Source of the DNA: an uncultured Bifidobacterium sp.
GTDB taxonomy: Bacteria > Actinomycetota > Acidimicrobiia > Acidimicrobiales > Ilumatobacteraceae
NCBI GenBank assembly: GCA_964632715.1
Contig: CAZWCU010000005.1
Location: 1 to 43,301, forward strand
Reading direction: 5' to 3'
DNA: 43,301 nt
Below the pieces are notes generated by a model. The model did not search any database, was not told where the DNA came from, and worked only from the letters and a program-made list of their open reading frames with translations. Below are positions 1-11,136 of the stretch, piece after piece. How positions within the stretch are numbered: position 1 is the first letter of the stretch; each line of letters begins with the position of its first letter. A program made the translations under genes and the position numbers.

Positions 1-46
1 AGCGCGGACACGAGCAGCCCAGAACCGAGCAGCGAGGACACGACCG

Positions 47-1042
47 ATGTCTGATCAGACGGCCACGGCCACTCCACTGCTCCAGGTCGACCGCCTGAGC
101 ATCCGCTTCCCGGTCGGTCGCAGCGGCTTCTGGGGCAAGCAGGTCAACTACGTCAGCGCCATCGACGACGTCTCGTTCTCCATCTCCCCCGGCGAGACGC
201 TCGGGCTGGTGGGCGAGTCCGGTTCCGGCAAGACCACGCTCGGGCGCGCCGTCCTGCGCCGGCTCACCCCGGCCGCCGGTTCCATCACGTTCAAGGGCAA
301 CGACATCACGGCCACCACGGGCGAGGAGCTGCGGCAGCTGCGGCGGCACATGCAGCTCGTGTTCCAGGACCCGTACGCCAGCCTCAACCCGCGCAAGACG
401 GTGCTGCAGCTGGTGGCCGAGCCGCTCGTCGTGCACGGGCTGGCGAAGAACACCGAGGACGCACGCGCGACGGTCACCGACCTGCTCGACCGCTGCGGGT
501 TGCCGGTCGACACCATCGATCGCTACGCCCACGCGTTCAGTGGCGGCCAGCGCCAACGCATCGGCATCGCACGCGCGCTGTCGCTGCGCCCCGACTTCAT
601 CGTCGCCGACGAACCGGTGTCGGCCCTCGACGTGTCGGTCCGCGCGCAGGTGGTCAACCTGCTGCAAGACCTGCAGGCAGAACTAGGCCTCACCTACCTG
701 TTCATCGCGCACGACCTCTCGGTGGTGCGGCACATCTCGCACCGCATCGCCATCCTCTACTCCGGCAAGCTGGTCGAGATCGCACCGACTCACTCGCTCT
801 ACGAGTCGCCGCTGCATCCGTACACCGAGGCGCTGCTGTCCAGCGTGCCCATTCCCGATCCGCCGGTGCAGCGCGCTCGCCGCCGCATCGTGCTGCAGGG
901 CGAGATCCCGAACCCGGTGAACCCTCCCGACGGTTGCCGGTTCCAGACTCGTTGTCCCCTCGTCGAGGCTCGCTGCCGCGTCGAGACACCGCCCCTGGAA
1001 GAGAAGCTGCCCGGCCACTGGGCCGCCTGCTTCGTCCGCTGA
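47..1042 (+). CDS. Peptide/nickel-type ABC transporter ATP-binding protein (OppF/DppF-like)
   Basis: 331-aa ORF. Walker [13 protein letters not shown] signature [15 protein letters not shown] and Walker [13 protein letters not shown] are present. It also has the C-terminal oligopeptide-transporter extension ([12 protein letters not shown] ... GCRFQTRCP). An open frame entering from the left edge stops at TGA 52-54 and overlaps this ATG, as expected for an oppD-oppF pair. Confidence 0.9.
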   Translation: MSDQTATATPLLQVDRLSIRFPVGRSGFWGKQVNYVSAIDDVSFSISPGETLGLVGESGSGKTTLGRAVLRRLTPAAGSITFKGNDITATTGEELRQLRRHMQLVFQDPYASLNPRKTVLQLVAEPLVVHGLAKNTEDARATVTDLLDRCGLPVDTIDRYAHAFSGGQRQRIGIARALSLRPDFIVADEPVSALDVSVRAQVVNLLQDLQAELGLTYLFIAHDLSVVRHISHRIAILYSGKLVEIAPTHSLYESPLHPYTEALLSSVPIPDPPVQRARRRIVLQGEIPNPVNPPDGCRFQTRCPLVEARCRVETPPLEEKLPGHWAACFVR

Positions 1043-1070
1043 ACCCACCCACTCCACCCCTGCTGCGCTG

Positions 1071-1796
1071 ATGACCACGACCGACTTCGTGCTGGCGTGC
1101 GTCGCCGTGGTGATCGGTGCCTGCGTGCAAGGGTCGCTCGGCTTCGGGTTGGGGCTCATCGGCGCGCCGGTGCTGGCGCTGCTCGACCCGGACCTGGTGC
1201 CCGCGCCGCTGCTGATGCTGGCGTTGCTGCTCACCATCGGCGTCACCGTGCGCGAGCGAGCCGTGCTCGACTGGCGCGCGTTGAAGTGGGCGTTCTTCGG
1301 TCGAGTACCGGGCAGCGTCCTGGGCACGATCGCGATCGTGTGGCTGCCCGAGCAGTGGATGCTCGTGCTGTTCTCGGTGCTGATCATCACCGGTGTCGTG
1401 CTCAGCGCCGCAGGTTGGCACGTCAGCCCGTCGGGCCCGGTGCTCTTCGGTGCGGGAGCGATGTCGGGCTTCATGGGCAGCCTCACATCCGTGGGCGGTC
1501 CGCCGATGGCCCTCGTCTACCAGCGACACAGCGGCGCACAGATGCGGGCCGCGCTGGCGCTGTTCTTCACCTTCGGTGCGTTGCTCTCGCTCGCGCTGCT
1601 GGGCGTGGCCGGCGAGGTGCACGCGGCCGACTTCGGTCGCGCGCTCACGCTGCTGCCGGCGATGCTGCTCGGGTTCGGGCTGTCGCGCTGGGCCACGCGG
1701 TGGCTCGACCGCGGCTACACCCGTGCCGCGATCCTGTGGTTCTCCGGCCTGGTGGCGCTGGGCCTGCTGGTGGTGACGATCGTCGGCTGGGACTGA
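1071..1796 (+). CDS. TauE/SafE (DUF81) family anion-exporter-like membrane protein
   Basis: 241-aa ORF, almost entirely hydrophobic with multiple TM segments. Gly-rich N-terminal helix GSLGFGLGLIGAPVLALL and overall size are typical of the TauE/SafE family. G/C-dominated third positions support this frame. Confidence 0.75.
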   Translation: MTTTDFVLACVAVVIGACVQGSLGFGLGLIGAPVLALLDPDLVPAPLLMLALLLTIGVTVRERAVLDWRALKWAFFGRVPGSVLGTIAIVWLPEQWMLVLFSVLIITGVVLSAAGWHVSPSGPVLFGAGAMSGFMGSLTSVGGPPMALVYQRHSGAQMRAALALFFTFGALLSLALLGVAGEVHAADFGRALTLLPAMLLGFGLSRWATRWLDRGYTRAAILWFSGLVALGLLVVTIVGWD

Positions 1797-1802
1797 CCGG
1801 CG

Positions 1803-2921
1803 TCAGCGCAGGCGAGCCGGCGAGAGGTCGGCCGCGCTGACCGAGCGATCGGCGAGCTCCTGCGGCAGCGACTCGTCGCGGACCAGCGCGGCGAGCAGTG
1901 CCGCCATCGCCGGCGCGGTCTTGATTCCGGCCCCGGCCTGTCCGACGAGCCAGAAGAAGCCGGGCGCATCAGGGTCCTCGCCGACGACGGGTGCACCGTC
2001 GGGGCTGAAGGTACGCAGACCCGCCCAGGCTCGGCGCACGCTGCGCAAGGGCAGTGTGGTGGCCTCGCCGAGCCGGTCGAGCGCGAGTGCCACGTCGAGC
2101 TCCTCTGCCTGCGCATCGCACGGTTCACTGGGCGACTCGTCGGCGGGCGAGACCAGCAGGCCTCCGGACTCCGGTTCGGCGTAGTAGCGCCCCGCCACAT
2201 CCATCACCAGCGGCCAGGTGGGGTCGACGTCGGCGAGCACGGCCAGGCACGCCGTGCGCCGCCGTGGCTCGAGGCCGAGCGGTGCCACGCCCGCGCTGGC
2301 GGCAACGACATCGCCCCACGCGCCGGCAGCGTTGACCACCACCGGTGCGTCGAACACGCGGCCCTCGCAGACGACGGTCCACCCGCTGGCCGAGCGGGAG
2401 AGCTCGATGGCCGTCGTCGACGTGAACACGTGACCTCCCCGCCGACGCAGGCCGCGCAGGTAACCCTGCAGGAGCGCATCGGTGTCGATCGCCATCGCGT
2501 CGGGCTCGAACGTCGCGCCGCCGGCAACGGCTTCCGGGCGGAAGTGGGGCACGAGCTCGAGCGTGGCGGCCGGCGTGAGGCGCCGGACCGTCGGCGCCAC
2601 CGCCTGCGCGCGGGCAGCCAGGTGATCGAGCGCATCGACATCGGACTCGTGCCCCACCCACAGCAGCCCGCGCGGTGACAGCAACGGATGGTCGGCGAAG
2701 TCGGAAGGTGGTGCTTCGAAGAACGCCCGACTGGCCGCGGCCAGCGCGCAGACGAGCGAGTGGCCCGAGGTCTCCGACAGCACCGATGCGGACCGTCCCG
2801 TGGCGTGGTAGCCGGCGGTGGGCGCTTGCTCGACCAGCACCACCGAAGCGCGTTCGGCCAGCGCCCACGCGGCCGACGCGCCGGCGATGCCACCGCCGAT
2901 CACGACGACGTCGACCAGCAT
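1803..2921 (-). CDS. FAD-dependent oxidoreductase (DAO / glycine-D-amino-acid oxidase-like family)
   Basis: N-terminal dinucleotide fold MLVDVVVIGGGIAGASAAWALAE. The C-terminal region GLRTFSPDGAPVVGE...WLVGQAGAGIKTAPAMA is typical of the DAO family. I placed the start at ATG 2921 (Met43 of the 414-aa track ORF) because the Rossmann motif follows immediately. The upstream extension is Arg-rich and runs over the stop of the gntR-family gene. Confidence 0.8.
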   Translation of the reverse strand: MLVDVVVIGGGIAGASAAWALAERASVVLVEQAPTAGYHATGRSASVLSETSGHSLVCALAAASRAFFEAPPSDFADHPLLSPRGLLWVGHESDVDALDHLAARAQAVAPTVRRLTPAATLELVPHFRPEAVAGGATFEPDAMAIDTDALLQGYLRGLRRRGGHVFTSTTAIELSRSASGWTVVCEGRVFDAPVVVNAAGAWGDVVAASAGVAPLGLEPRRRTACLAVLADVDPTWPLVMDVAGRYYAEPESGGLLVSPADESPSEPCDAQAEELDVALALDRLGEATTLPLRSVRRAWAGLRTFSPDGAPVVGEDPDAPGFFWLVGQAGAGIKTAPAMAALLAALVRDESLPQELADRSVSAADLSPARLR

Positions 2922-2953
2922 GGGAGCGGTGGTCGTGCTGGTGCTGACGGCGG

Positions 2954-3667
2954 TCACGAGACGCGGGTGGAGCTGCCGTCGGCAGCGTGCTGCGCCGAGT
3001 TGTCGGCGAGGTCGCGCATGACCGAGGCCATGTGCTCGAAGGTGCACGAACGCGCGGTCTCCGCATCGCCGGACTCGATGGCGTCGAAGATGCGCTGGTG
3101 TTCGTCCCAGCCGGTGACACCGCGCGTGTCGGCGAGCATGCTGAACACCAGCTCGGTCTTGTGGCGCAGCGGCGCCACGACCGCCTCCAGGTACTCGTTG
3201 CCCGAGGCTCGCTCGATGGCGATGTGGAAGTTGCGGTGGAACGTGGCGGCAGCCACGAGATCGTTCACCGCCGACGCGGCGCGGCCCGACGCGAGGATGG
3301 CGCGGAGCGCTGCCAGGTCGTCGTCGCTGCGGTTGGTGGCCGCCCGCTCGGCCGCGTAGGCCTCGATGACGCTGCGCAGCTCGAGCAGTTGCCGCAGCTG
3401 CAGCGGGTCGAGCTTGCTGACGTAGGCCCCGCGGCGGGCGACGACCTCGACCAGCCCCGTGCCCTCGAGCGCTCGGATGGCCTCGCGCACCGGGTTCCTG
3501 GAGACGCCCAGCTGTTCGGCCAGGCGGTCCTCGAACAACCGCTCGCCCTGCTGCAGCTCGCCGCGCATGATCATGCCGAGGATCTCGTCAGCGGCCACTT
3601 CACGGAGGGTCTGATGCGCGCTGCCGACAGTCACGCCCCTCACGATAGGCCGTCGGGCGCCGTCCAT
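2954..3667 (-). CDS. GntR-family transcriptional regulator, FadR subfamily (FCD ligand domain)
   Basis: Winged-HTH region [42 protein letters not shown] is followed by an all-helical FCD-like C-terminal domain. Start chosen at ATG 3667 (MDGARRP). The track ORF extends to 3925, but that stretch overlaps the divergent TauE gene and is low-complexity. Confidence 0.85.
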   Translation of the reverse strand: MDGARRPIVRGVTVGSAHQTLREVAADEILGMIMRGELQQGERLFEDRLAEQLGVSRNPVREAIRALEGTGLVEVVARRGAYVSKLDPLQLRQLLELRSVIEAYAAERAATNRSDDDLAALRAILASGRAASAVNDLVAAATFHRNFHIAIERASGNEYLEAVVAPLRHKTELVFSMLADTRGVTGWDEHQRIFDAIESGDAETARSCTFEHMASVMRDLADNSAQHAADGSSTRVS

Positions 3668-3770
3668 CGGACGCTGCCGCGACTCTGCGACCTGCGGTCG
3701 AGCGAATTCGACCGGGAAGTCGTGCCAGCTCCGTCGCATGGTGCATAATGTATACGAAACGGAGGAACGA

Positions 3771-4538
3771 ATGACGGACATCTCAGTGCTGGCCCACGTT
3801 GCGGCCGCGGGCGCCGCTGTCGGAGCCGGCCTCGTCAACGCCGTCGCCGGCGGTGGCACGCTCGTGTCGTTCCCCATCCTCACCGCCATCGGTGTGCCGG
3901 CCATCCGCGCGAACGCGACCAACACGGTCGCACTGTGCCCCGGCTACATCGGCGGCACCTACGCACAGCGCGCCGATCTTGCCGGGCTGCAACGCGGCTT
4001 GCGCCCGCAACTGGTCGCCGCCGCGCTCGGAGGCCTCACCGGCTCGGTGCTGCTCATCATGAGCAGCGAGGCCGTCTTCAAGTCCCTCGTGCCGTTCCTC
4101 ATCCTCGGGGCCTGCGTGCTCCTCGGGTTCCAGGACCGTCTCCGCCGGTGGCTGCTCGGCCGCGCGCGCGGCGGTCGCTCGCACGCCGCGCTGGAACTGG
4201 CGTCGGTCACCATCGCGTCGGTCTACGGCGGATACTTCGGCGCCGGCCTCGGCATCATGCTGATGGCCGTGCTCGGGCTGTTCTCGGAGCTGCCGTTCAA
4301 CCGCCTCAACGCGGTCAAGCAGCTGCTGTCGTTCCTCGTCAACATCTCGGCGGCGCTGTTCCTGTCGTTCTCCGGCAAGGTCGTCTGGTCGCTGGTCCTG
4401 GTGATGGCACCGGCCAGCCTGATCGGCGGCCACTTCGGTGGCCGCGTCGCCAGCTCCCTCCCCGCCGGCAAGATGCGAGCCGGCGTCATCGTGTTCGGCG
4501 TGACCGTGGCGCTCATCTACCTCAGCCGACTGTGGTGA
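3771..4538 (+). CDS. TauE/SafE (DUF81) family membrane protein, second paralog
   Basis: ATG 3771 lies 5 nt downstream of the end of a GGAGGA Shine-Dalgarno (3761-3766). N-terminal motif [20 protein letters not shown] and multiple TM helices fit the family. The gene is divergent from the GntR gene. Confidence 0.8.
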   Translation: MTDISVLAHVAAAGAAVGAGLVNAVAGGGTLVSFPILTAIGVPAIRANATNTVALCPGYIGGTYAQRADLAGLQRGLRPQLVAAALGGLTGSVLLIMSSEAVFKSLVPFLILGACVLLGFQDRLRRWLLGRARGGRSHAALELASVTIASVYGGYFGAGLGIMLMAVLGLFSELPFNRLNAVKQLLSFLVNISAALFLSFSGKVVWSLVLVMAPASLIGGHFGGRVASSLPAGKMRAGVIVFGVTVALIYLSRLW

Positions 4539-4574
4539 CCCGAACGACCGTGGTGACCTGAACGACGGTGGTCC
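4533..4574. repeat. 18-bp tandem direct repeat (2 copies plus a partial third) spanning the TauE stop codon
   Basis: TGGTGACCCGAACGACCG (4533-4550) and TGGTGACCTGAACGACGG (4551-4568) match at 16 of 18 positions. They are followed by TGGTCC. Copy 1 contains the TGA stop at 4536-4538. Confidence 0.7.
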
Positions 4575-4608
4575 GCCGCGATCGGCGCAGCACCTACGCT
4601 CGCACGTC

Positions 4609-5298
4609 GTGAGCGCGGACCAGATGAGTGCGACGGCATGGGCGGGGCTGGCCGTTCCGTTCCAGCGTTGCCTCGAGTTGGCCTGGGAGAGCTGCGCAGC
4701 GGGCACGTTCGCGTGCGGGGCGGTCATCACCGACCCGAGTGGTCGCGTCGTCGCCGAAGGCCGCAACCGCACGTTCGACGCACCCGGTGGCAGCGAGCCG
4801 CTGCAGGGCACCGCACTCGCACACGCGGAGATGAACGCACTGGCACGGGTGCCCACCAGCGTGTCGCTCGCCGAGTGCACGTTGTGGAGCAGCCTCGAGC
4901 CGTGCCTGATGTGCCTCTCGTCGGCCATCCTCTCCAACGTCGGTTCCATCCGCTACCTCGCACCCGATCCGCTGTGGGACGGGTGCGAGCAGCTCCCCTC
5001 GCTCAACGCTCACGTCGAGTTCAGGTGGCCGGTGCACCACGAGCCCCTCGAGCACGAGTGGGCCGTGCTGGGCATGGGCCTGGGTCTGCACCTGTTCGCC
5101 TTCTGGCACCCCGACAGCCGGGCGCTCGCGGCGCACGACATCGAGGAACCGGAGACCGCCGAGCTCGTTCGCCGGTGGGCCGCGCAGCGAACGCTGGTCG
5201 ACCTCGCCGCGCAGCAGGTCTCCGCTCCCGACGCGGTGGCAGCCGTGTGGACCGACGTGTGCGCGGCGTCCACGGCACGGCGCGAACGCCTCGGCTGA
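4609..5298 (+). CDS. CMP/dCMP-type zinc deaminase-fold protein with a long C-terminal extension
   Basis: Deaminase zinc motifs HAEMNAL and PCLMC are in the N-terminal ~110 aa. About 120 further residues have no motif I recognise. The start is either GTG 4609 or ATG 4624. Confidence 0.7.
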   Translation: MSADQMSATAWAGLAVPFQRCLELAWESCAAGTFACGAVITDPSGRVVAEGRNRTFDAPGGSEPLQGTALAHAEMNALARVPTSVSLAECTLWSSLEPCLMCLSSAILSNVGSIRYLAPDPLWDGCEQLPSLNAHVEFRWPVHHEPLEHEWAVLGMGLGLHLFAFWHPDSRALAAHDIEEPETAELVRRWAAQRTLVDLAAQQVSAPDAVAAVWTDVCAASTARRERLG

Positions 5299-5308
5299 CG
5301 CGAGTCGG

Positions 5309-6481
<1,173 letters not shown>

Positions 6482-6515
6482 CGGCGGGCTCCAATCGTGT
6501 AGGCGGCTCGCAAGG

Positions 6516-7847
6516 TCAGCGAACGCGTTCGATGTGGCGGGCGACGAGCCGCTCGAGCAGCTCTTGCCGTCCGCTCGTGTGGGCCGGCTCGACGTCGTGC
6601 GCGATCAACTCGTCGTGGATCTGCTGCAGCGACACCTTGCCGTCGAGCAGGTCCTGCTCGGAGTTCCAGCCGGCGTACCGCGCGTCGCGGAACGCGTCGA
6701 GCTCGCCGTCGTCGATGATCGACGCGGCAGCGAGCAGCGAACGAGCCATCGTGTCCATGCCACCGATGTGCGCGATGAACAGGTCGTCGCGCGACACCGA
6801 CTGGCGGCGCAGCTTCGAGTCGAACATCAGACCACCGGTGGTGAAGCCACCGCCGCGAAGGATCTCGAGCATGCCGAGGGTCATCTGCTCCACGCTGCTC
6901 GGGAAGCGATCGAGGTCCCAGCCCAGTCGGTCGTCGCCGGCGTTGGCGTCGATGGACCCGAAGATGCCGCTGTTGACCGCGGTGGCGATCTCGTGCTGGA
7001 AGTCGTGACCCGACAACGTGGCGTGGTTGACCTCGATGTTCACCTTGATCTCGTTCTCGAGGCCGTACTTCTTCAGGAACCCGTAGACCGTGGCGACGTC
7101 GTAGTCGTACTGGTGCTTCGTGGGCTCGAACGGCTTCGGCTCGATGAGCAGCGCGCCCTCGAAACCGATGGCGTACTTGTGCTCGACCACCAGGTTCATG
7201 AACCGTCCGAGCTGATCGAGCTCGCGCGTGAGGTCCGTGTTGAGCAGCGTCTCGTACCCTTCACGCCCACCCCAGAGCACGTAGTTCGCGCCGCCCAGCC
7301 GCTTGGTGGCGCTCATGCAGTGCGCCACCTGCGCGGCGGCATAGCGGAAGGCGGTCGGGTCGGGGTTGGTGGCCGCGCCCGCCATGAACCGACGGTGCGA
7401 GAACGCATTGGTGGTGCCCCACAGCAGCTTCGTGCCGGTGCGCTCCATGTGCCCGGCGGCGAGGTCGATCATCTCGTCGAGGTTGCGGCAGCTCTCTGCG
7501 AACGTGGCGCCTGCGGGAGCGATGTCGATGTCGTGGAACGAGAAGAACGGTGCGCCCAGCTTCTCGAAGAACTCGAACGCGGCTTCCATCTTCATCTTGG
7601 CCGCGTCCATCGGATCGAGCGCGGCGTCCTGGCTGGGGTGCCACGGACGGTCCTGCGTGCTGGCGCCGAAGATGTCGAAGCCGTCCCACGTGAACGAGTG
7701 CCAGTAGCAGACCCCGAACCGCAGGTGCTCGGCCATCGTGCGGCCGGCAACGACGCGGTCCGCGTCGTACCACCGGAACGCGAACGGGTTGTCGGACTCT
7801 GGACCTTCGTACCGGACGGTGTCGACGGTGTCGAAGAACTCGGACAT
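6516..7847 (-). CDS. xylA: Xylose isomerase
   Basis: 443 aa starting [16 protein letters not shown]. Hallmark motifs [18 protein letters not shown] and [16 protein letters not shown] are present. GAAGGAG lies upstream. The ATG shares its A with the TGA stop of the preceding GH3 gene (TGATG). The track ORF continues to 8483, but that part lies inside the GH3 gene in another frame. Confidence 0.92.
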   Translation of the reverse strand: MSEFFDTVDTVRYEGPESDNPFAFRWYDADRVVAGRTMAEHLRFGVCYWHSFTWDGFDIFGASTQDRPWHPSQDAALDPMDAAKMKMEAAFEFFEKLGAPFFSFHDIDIAPAGATFAESCRNLDEMIDLAAGHMERTGTKLLWGTTNAFSHRRFMAGAATNPDPTAFRYAAAQVAHCMSATKRLGGANYVLWGGREGYETLLNTDLTRELDQLGRFMNLVVEHKYAIGFEGALLIEPKPFEPTKHQYDYDVATVYGFLKKYGLENEIKVNIEVNHATLSGHDFQHEIATAVNSGIFGSIDANAGDDRLGWDLDRFPSSVEQMTLGMLEILRGGGFTTGGLMFDSKLRRQSVSRDDLFIAHIGGMDTMARSLLAAASIIDDGELDAFRDARYAGWNSEQDLLDGKVSLQQIHDELIAHDVEPAHTSGRQELLERLVARHIERVR

Positions 7848-10252
7848 CACAGTGCTCCTTCGATGATCACTTGGTTGGTTGACGAACGAACCGTCGGCAT
7901 CGGCTTGTCTCCAGTGACGGTGACCGTGCCGGCATGCACGAGATCGCTCGACGAGGCGCCGACGAAGAACTCGAAGTCGCCCGGTTCCACAACATACGTC
8001 AGCTCGCGGCCGCAGAAACCGAGCGCCGTGACCGGCACGCAGAACGTGAGCACCGCGGCGGCGCCTGCGTCGAGGGTGACCCGCTCGAAGCCGAGCAGTT
8101 CGCGCACCGGTCGAGTGATCGTGGCGACCGGATCGCGACCGTAGAGCTGCACCACTTCGTCGGCTCGACGGGCGCCGGTGTTGGTGACGCGCACGCGCAC
8201 TGCGACCGTGTGGTCGAGCCCGGCGTGCAGGGGTGAGACCTCCTCGGGCTCGATGCTGAACGAGGAGTAGCCGAGCCCGTGACCGAACGGGTAGAGCGGC
8301 TCGTTCGACTCGTCGACGTAGCTGCCCTTCCAGTGCGACCGGCCGCCCGACACCTTGTGTGCGTAGAAGATGGGGATCTGGCCGGAGCTGCGCGGATAGG
8401 TGACCGGCAACTTGCCGCTCGGGCTGATCGCACCGGTGAGCACGTCGGCGATCGCGGTGCCGCCCTGCTCGCCCGGCAGCCATGCCATCAGCACGGCGTT
8501 CGCCGCATCGTGCACCGCCGGCGAACCGACCGGGCGCCCTGCGATGAGCACCATCACCACCGGCGTTCCGGTGGCCGCGACCGCGTGCACCAGTTCCTCC
8601 TGCACTCCCGTCAGCCGCAGCGACGCCACGTCGCGGCTCTCTCCGGTGGTGCAGTCCTCGGTCAGCCCGGAGCGCTCACCCATCACCATCACCGCGACGT
8701 CGCTGGCCGCAGCCGCCGCGATCGCGGCCTCGAAGCCCGATCGATCGTCGCCGCTCACCGCGCACCCCTGCTCGTACGTGACGGATGCACCCGGCAACGC
8801 GGCCACGAGCGCGTCGTGGACGGTGACGACGTGCCCGAGATCCGTCTCGCCGTCGAGGTCGACACGTTCGATGGGCATCGCGAAGACGTTGCGTCCGCTC
8901 TTCAGCACTTCCAGCAGTGACTCGACGTGCGTCGCGTAGCTGTAGTCGCCGAGCAGGTGCCGCGCACTCGCCGCGTTCGGACCGATGACCGCCACCGACG
9001 TGAGCTCGGGCGCCAACGGCAGCACGCCATCGTTGCGCAGCAACACCACGCTCTCCGTGGCCACCTGTCGCGACAGCGCGATCTGGTCGGGCGTGCGCGT
9101 GACGGCAGCGACGCGATCCACCTCGACGAACGGCTGCTCGAACAACCCGAGCCGCAGCTTCGACTCGAGCACCCTGCGGACTGCTTCGTCGACGTCGCCG
9201 ATGGAGATGCCGCCCTGCTCGATCGCGGTCTGCAGCACGCTGCCGTAGCACTCGGTGCTGGGCAGCTCCACGTCGATGCCGGACGTGAGGGCCAGCACCG
9301 CCGCGTCCTCCCACGAGGTGACCACCTGGTGGTAGTCGGCCAGCTGCTTGACGGAGAAGTAGTCCGACACGACCGTGCCGTCGAAGCCCCACTCGCCGCG
9401 CAACAGGTCGGTCATCAACCACCGGCTCGCCGCGCACGGGATGCCGTCGAGCTCCTGGTACGCGTTCATCAGCGAGGCGAGTCCGGCCTCGCGCACGGCG
9501 GCCTCGAACGGCCGCAGGTACACGTCGCGCAGCTCGCGTTCGGGAAGGTGTGCGGGCGCCCAGTTCAGCCCGCCCTCCGAGGCTCCGTACCCGACGAAGT
9601 GCTTCGCCGTCGCGACCACACCGTCGCGAAGGTCCTTGCCGTCGTCGCTGCCCTGCAGGCCGGTGATGAACCCGATGCCCATCTGCGAGACGAGGAACGG
9701 GTCTTCGCCGTACGTCTCCTCCAGGCGGCCCCAGCGCGGATCGCGGCACACGTCGAGCACCGGCGACAGCCCGTGATGCGTTCCCATCGCACGCATCTGC
9801 ACGCGCACCGCGTCGGCGAGCCGGCGGTTGAGCGCCGGGCGGAACGTGGCGGCCACGCCGATGGCCTGCGGGAACACGGTGGCTTCACGAGCCATCAGGC
9901 CGGAGCAGATCTCCTCGTGGATGATGGCGGGGATGCCGAGTCGGGTGTGCTCCACGAGGTGACGCTGGATGGCGTTGGCGAGCGTGGCGGCCTCGGCCGC
10001 ATCGAGGCTGCTCGCGCCACTCAAGCGGGTGATGTGGGAGATGCCGTCGGCGAGCAGGGGCGTCGCGCGCTCGGCATCGAAGCCGTCCTGGCCGGCGATC
10101 TGGAACACCCAGACGCTGCCCAACTGGGCCAGCTTCTCCTCCACCGACATGCGGGCCAGCAGGTCGGACGCGCGCTCGGCGACGGGCAGCGACGAATCGC
10201 GGTACGGCAGCGTGTGGGGGCTCGACATCAGGTCATCCATTTCGTGGGTCAT
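7847..10252 (-). CDS. Glycoside hydrolase family 3 (beta-glucosidase / beta-xylosidase type)
   Basis: 801 aa. N-terminus [30 protein letters not shown]. Nucleophile region [10 protein letters not shown]. The C-terminal Fn3-like domain is present. ATG 10252 overlaps the permease stop codon (ATGA). Confidence 0.88.
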   Translation of the reverse strand: MTHEMDDLMSSPHTLPYRDSSLPVAERASDLLARMSVEEKLAQLGSVWVFQIAGQDGFDAERATPLLADGISHITRLSGASSLDAAEAATLANAIQRHLVEHTRLGIPAIIHEEICSGLMAREATVFPQAIGVAATFRPALNRRLADAVRVQMRAMGTHHGLSPVLDVCRDPRWGRLEETYGEDPFLVSQMGIGFITGLQGSDDGKDLRDGVVATAKHFVGYGASEGGLNWAPAHLPERELRDVYLRPFEAAVREAGLASLMNAYQELDGIPCAASRWLMTDLLRGEWGFDGTVVSDYFSVKQLADYHQVVTSWEDAAVLALTSGIDVELPSTECYGSVLQTAIEQGGISIGDVDEAVRRVLESKLRLGLFEQPFVEVDRVAAVTRTPDQIALSRQVATESVVLLRNDGVLPLAPELTSVAVIGPNAASARHLLGDYSYATHVESLLEVLKSGRNVFAMPIERVDLDGETDLGHVVTVHDALVAALPGASVTYEQGCAVSGDDRSGFEAAIAAAAASDVAVMVMGERSGLTEDCTTGESRDVASLRLTGVQEELVHAVAATGTPVVMVLIAGRPVGSPAVHDAANAVLMAWLPGEQGGTAIADVLTGAISPSGKLPVTYPRSSGQIPIFYAHKVSGGRSHWKGSYVDESNEPLYPFGHGLGYSSFSIEPEEVSPLHAGLDHTVAVRVRVTNTGARRADEVVQLYGRDPVATITRPVRELLGFERVTLDAGAAAVLTFCVPVTALGFCGRELTYVVEPGDFEFFVGASSSDLVHAGTVTVTGDKPMPTVRSSTNQVIIEGAL

Positions 10253-11136
10253 TCGCGCACCGCGCCGGCGGTGAGCCCGCCGATGATCTGGCGTTCGGCG
10301 ATCGCATAGAAGATCAGCGCCGGGACCATCGACAAGGTGGTGTAGGCGAGCACTCGCGCGAAGTCGGTCGAGTACTGCGAGGAGATGTTGTTCACACCGA
10401 TGGGCACGGTGTGCTCGTTGGGGTCGATCAGCACCAGCAGTGGCAGCAGGAACGAGTTCCAGCTGCCGACGATCGTGATGACCGCGATGGTGCTCAGGAC
10501 CGGCCGCGACAGCGGCAGCATGATGGACCAGTAGAAGCGCATCGGCCCACACCCGTCGATGGCCGCCGCGTCTTGGATCTCTTGCGGGATCGCGCGGAAG
10601 AACGGGCGCATGATGACGATGGCGATGGGGAGGCCGAACGCGGCCTGCGGCAGCGCGACGCCCAGCGGGTTCGACAGCAGGCCCGCCTGGCGCAGCGTGA
10701 TGAACAGCGGCAGGATCGCCACCGCCGCGGGGAACAGCAGCCCGAGCGTGAACAGTCCGTAGATCAGCTCGCGACCGCGGAACGAGTAGCGGGAGATGAC
10801 GAACGCCGCCATCGACGCGGCCGGCAGCACGACGAACGCGGCGAGCAGCGCGATGAACGTGCTGTTCCACACCTGCCGCCAGAACGACCACGAGGCGAGG
10901 ATGCTCGTGTAGTTCTCGAACACCCACGGGTCGGGCAGGCCCACCGGGCTCTCGACGAGCTGCTTGTTGCTGCGGAAGCCGCCCAGCACCGAGAAGCTGA
11001 TCGGCAGGACGATGATGCCGAGCACGAACATCGCCACCACGTAGAGCGCCAGCCGGTCGATGCGCCACCGGCGCGGCTTCGGCGGCACGGGGTCGTCGGT
11101 GTCGAGCGGTGCGTCGCGGAGTTCGAGCTCAGCCAA
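10249..11136 (-). CDS. Carbohydrate ABC transporter permease (MalG-like)
   Basis: Six predicted TM helices and an EAA-type loop (AAIDGCGPMRFYWSIMLPLSRP). There is no ATG near the N-terminus. TTG 11136 has AAGGGA upstream and an 8-nt overlap with the upstream permease, so it is my choice. GTG 11088 is an alternative start. Confidence 0.8.
   Translation of the reverse strand: MAELELRDAPLDTDDPVPPKPRRWRIDRLALYVVAMFVLGIIVLPISFSVLGGFRSNKQLVESPVGLPDPWVFENYTSILASWSFWRQVWNSTFIALLAAFVVLPAASMAAFVISRYSFRGRELIYGLFTLGLLFPAAVAILPLFITLRQAGLLSNPLGVALPQAAFGLPIAIVIMRPFFRAIPQEIQDAAAIDGCGPMRFYWSIMLPLSRPVLSTIAVITIVGSWNSFLLPLLVLIDPNEHTVPIGVNNISSQYSTDFARVLAYTTLSMVPALIFYAIAERQIIGGLTAGAVRE

Noticed and set aside
1-54. 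Possible 3-prime end of an upstream OppD-like gene (frame open from the window edge to TGA 52-54, translating ...[17 protein letters not shown]).
   Set aside because: Only 17 codons are visible and they carry no motif. This is mentioned as context for the OppF-like gene but is not reported as a feature.
7848-8483. N-terminal extensions of track ORFs. Examples: xylA ORF extended to 8483, GH3 to 11068, MalG-like to 11460, hydrolase/GNAT-region ORF 39110-41215, and ORFs starting at 28068, 29747, 30763, 32115, 36290 and 36817.
   Set aside because: The extended parts run through the preceding, well-supported gene in another frame and are low-complexity. Internal starts that overlap the upstream stop codon (ATGA, GTGA, TGATG) or follow a Shine-Dalgarno sequence give proteins of normal family length.
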